This document shows, piece after piece, positions 49,583 to 50,654 of a stretch of DNA of 50,654 nt (position 1 is the first letter of the stretch; each line of letters opens with the position of its first letter). The translations under genes and the position numbers were made by a program. This DNA comes from an uncultured PS1 clade bacterium (GTDB lineage: Bacteria > Pseudomonadota > Alphaproteobacteria > MED-G09): positions 1 through 50,654 of the forward strand of contig CACANC010000006.1 in NCBI GenBank assembly GCA_902533755.1. Reading direction: 5' to 3'. A model generated the notes under the pieces. That model searched no databases, was not told the origin of the DNA, and was given only the letters and a program-made list of their open reading frames with translations.

Positions 49583-49915
49583 TTAGATTTTTATATAAAG
49601 ATTGAGAATTGTCACAGAAATCACTGTTACTAAAATGCTAATTAAAAAAGCTATAAAAAAACCAAATTTTGAAATGGCAAAAGGAAAAATTAAGAACATT
49701 GGTATAGTTGGTATAATATAAAGTAATGTATAAGAAATATGCGATGAAATTTTTTCATCAGAATTTCCTTCATAATACATCCATAAAATAACAAGCAGTG
49801 TCATAATTGGCATTGCAGCTATTAAGCCACCTAACTTATCATTAACTTTAGCGATTTCACTAATCAGGACAATAAGAGCAGCAGTCACAAGAATTTTAGT
49901 TATTAAAAAAAACAT
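49583..49915 (-). CDS. DUF3147-like small membrane protein
   Basis: ISEIAK..GGLIAAMP..WMYYE. Confidence 0.75.
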   Translation of the reverse strand: MFFLITKILVTAALIVLISEIAKVNDKLGGLIAAMPIMTLLVILWMYYEGNSDEKISSHISYTLLYIIPTIPMFLIFPFAISKFGFFIAFLISILVTVISVTILNLYIKI

Positions 49916-49917
49916 AT

Positions 49918-50654
49918 TTAATTTATTTTTTTGATTTCAATCTTATTAGAATTAAGAGGTAAAATTACCATTGTTCCATCATCAGATAATGTCCATTCCT
50001 CTCTTACCTCATTTACACCTCTAACAAACATATTTTTCATAATATTATTTCTTGGTGCGGGAGTAAGGTGATAAAAGACCAAATGTCGAACATTAGCTTT
50101 ATTTGCAATTTCTGCCGCCTCAACTGGTGTCGTATGATAGGTAACAATATCCGACATAACTTTAGCCAACAAAAGATTGCCTAACTTTACATTTTCATTT
50201 TCCATAATTTTAATCATATGATTTGCTTGAGCCTCGTGAAATAAAACATCAGCGTCTTTTGAGTTTTTGATTACATTATCATGATAAATTGTATCACCAC
50301 TTATCACTATTGATCTTCCTTTATAATCAAAACGGTATCCTAGAGCTGGCTCAACAGGGTCATGAATCACAGAGAAGGCTGTAACTTTTAAGCCATTATC
50401 ATCAATAATAATTGGACTTGTTAAATCGATAATATTTGGTTCGTAGCCAGCAGAATCAAGTGACGCAACATCATCGCCATGGTGTTCGTTTCTAAACTGA
50501 TAATCTAATTTGTATGCAGCATCAAAACCATTAACAACTTGATCAACTCCTTTTGGCCCAAAGACATCTAATTTCTTTGATCTTTTAGGATTCATAATCC
50601 AAGAATTTAAATGTAAATCGGCAAGGTCAGATATATGATCAGAGTGTAGATGTG
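49918..50654 (-). CDS. RNase Z/AtsA-like MBL-fold hydrolase, 5'-truncated by the window edge
   Basis: Frame stays open to the window end, with HLHSDH upstream of the track start; ISGDT, HEA, YHT, YHL. Confidence 0.85.
   Translation of the reverse strand, partial: HLHSDHISDLADLHLNSWIMNPKRSKKLDVFGPKGVDQVVNGFDAAYKLDYQFRNEHHGDDVASLDSAGYEPNIIDLTSPIIIDDNGLKVTAFSVIHDPVEPALGYRFDYKGRSIVISGDTIYHDNVIKNSKDADVLFHEAQANHMIKIMENENVKLGNLLLAKVMSDIVTYHTTPVEAAEIANKANVRHLVFYHLTPAPRNNIMKNMFVRGVNEVREEWTLSDDGTMVILPLNSNKIEIKKIN

Overview
Very AT-rich (roughly 30% GC by eye), densely coding chromosomal window from a streamlined alphaproteobacterium, probably marine (inferred from gene content and order). The left ~16 kb is conserved core backbone: gshA-rsmE/ubiA, rnhB-ccrM, a tandem-glycine-riboswitch-led gcvT-H-PA-PB operon, ispH-thrB-rnhA, peroxiredoxin, yqgE and thrC. 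The middle (16-31 kb) is mixed accessory metabolism and includes hemH, a minimal MGMT, an FkbM methyltransferase, an orphan C5-cytosine DNA methyltransferase overlapping a double-cupin gene that has a perfect consensus sigma70 promoter, a ferritin-like protein, GST, mce and a beta-propeller phytase. The right ~19 kb is the most interesting part: a catabolic cluster for an unknown substrate with a TonB-dependent receptor, four Rieske oxygenase alpha subunits (all with Glu at the bridging position; no reductase, ferredoxin or classical beta subunit in the window), three SnoaL/NTF2 proteins (two in a duplicated, inverted SnoaL+Rieske cassette), EthD, PhyH, SDR, epoxide hydrolase and a pair of paralogous unknown membrane proteins behind a Fur-like box. 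I saw no tRNA, rRNA, CRISPR, transposase, integrase or recognisable DNA-binding transcription factor. All family calls come from motif recognition by eye, not database searches.
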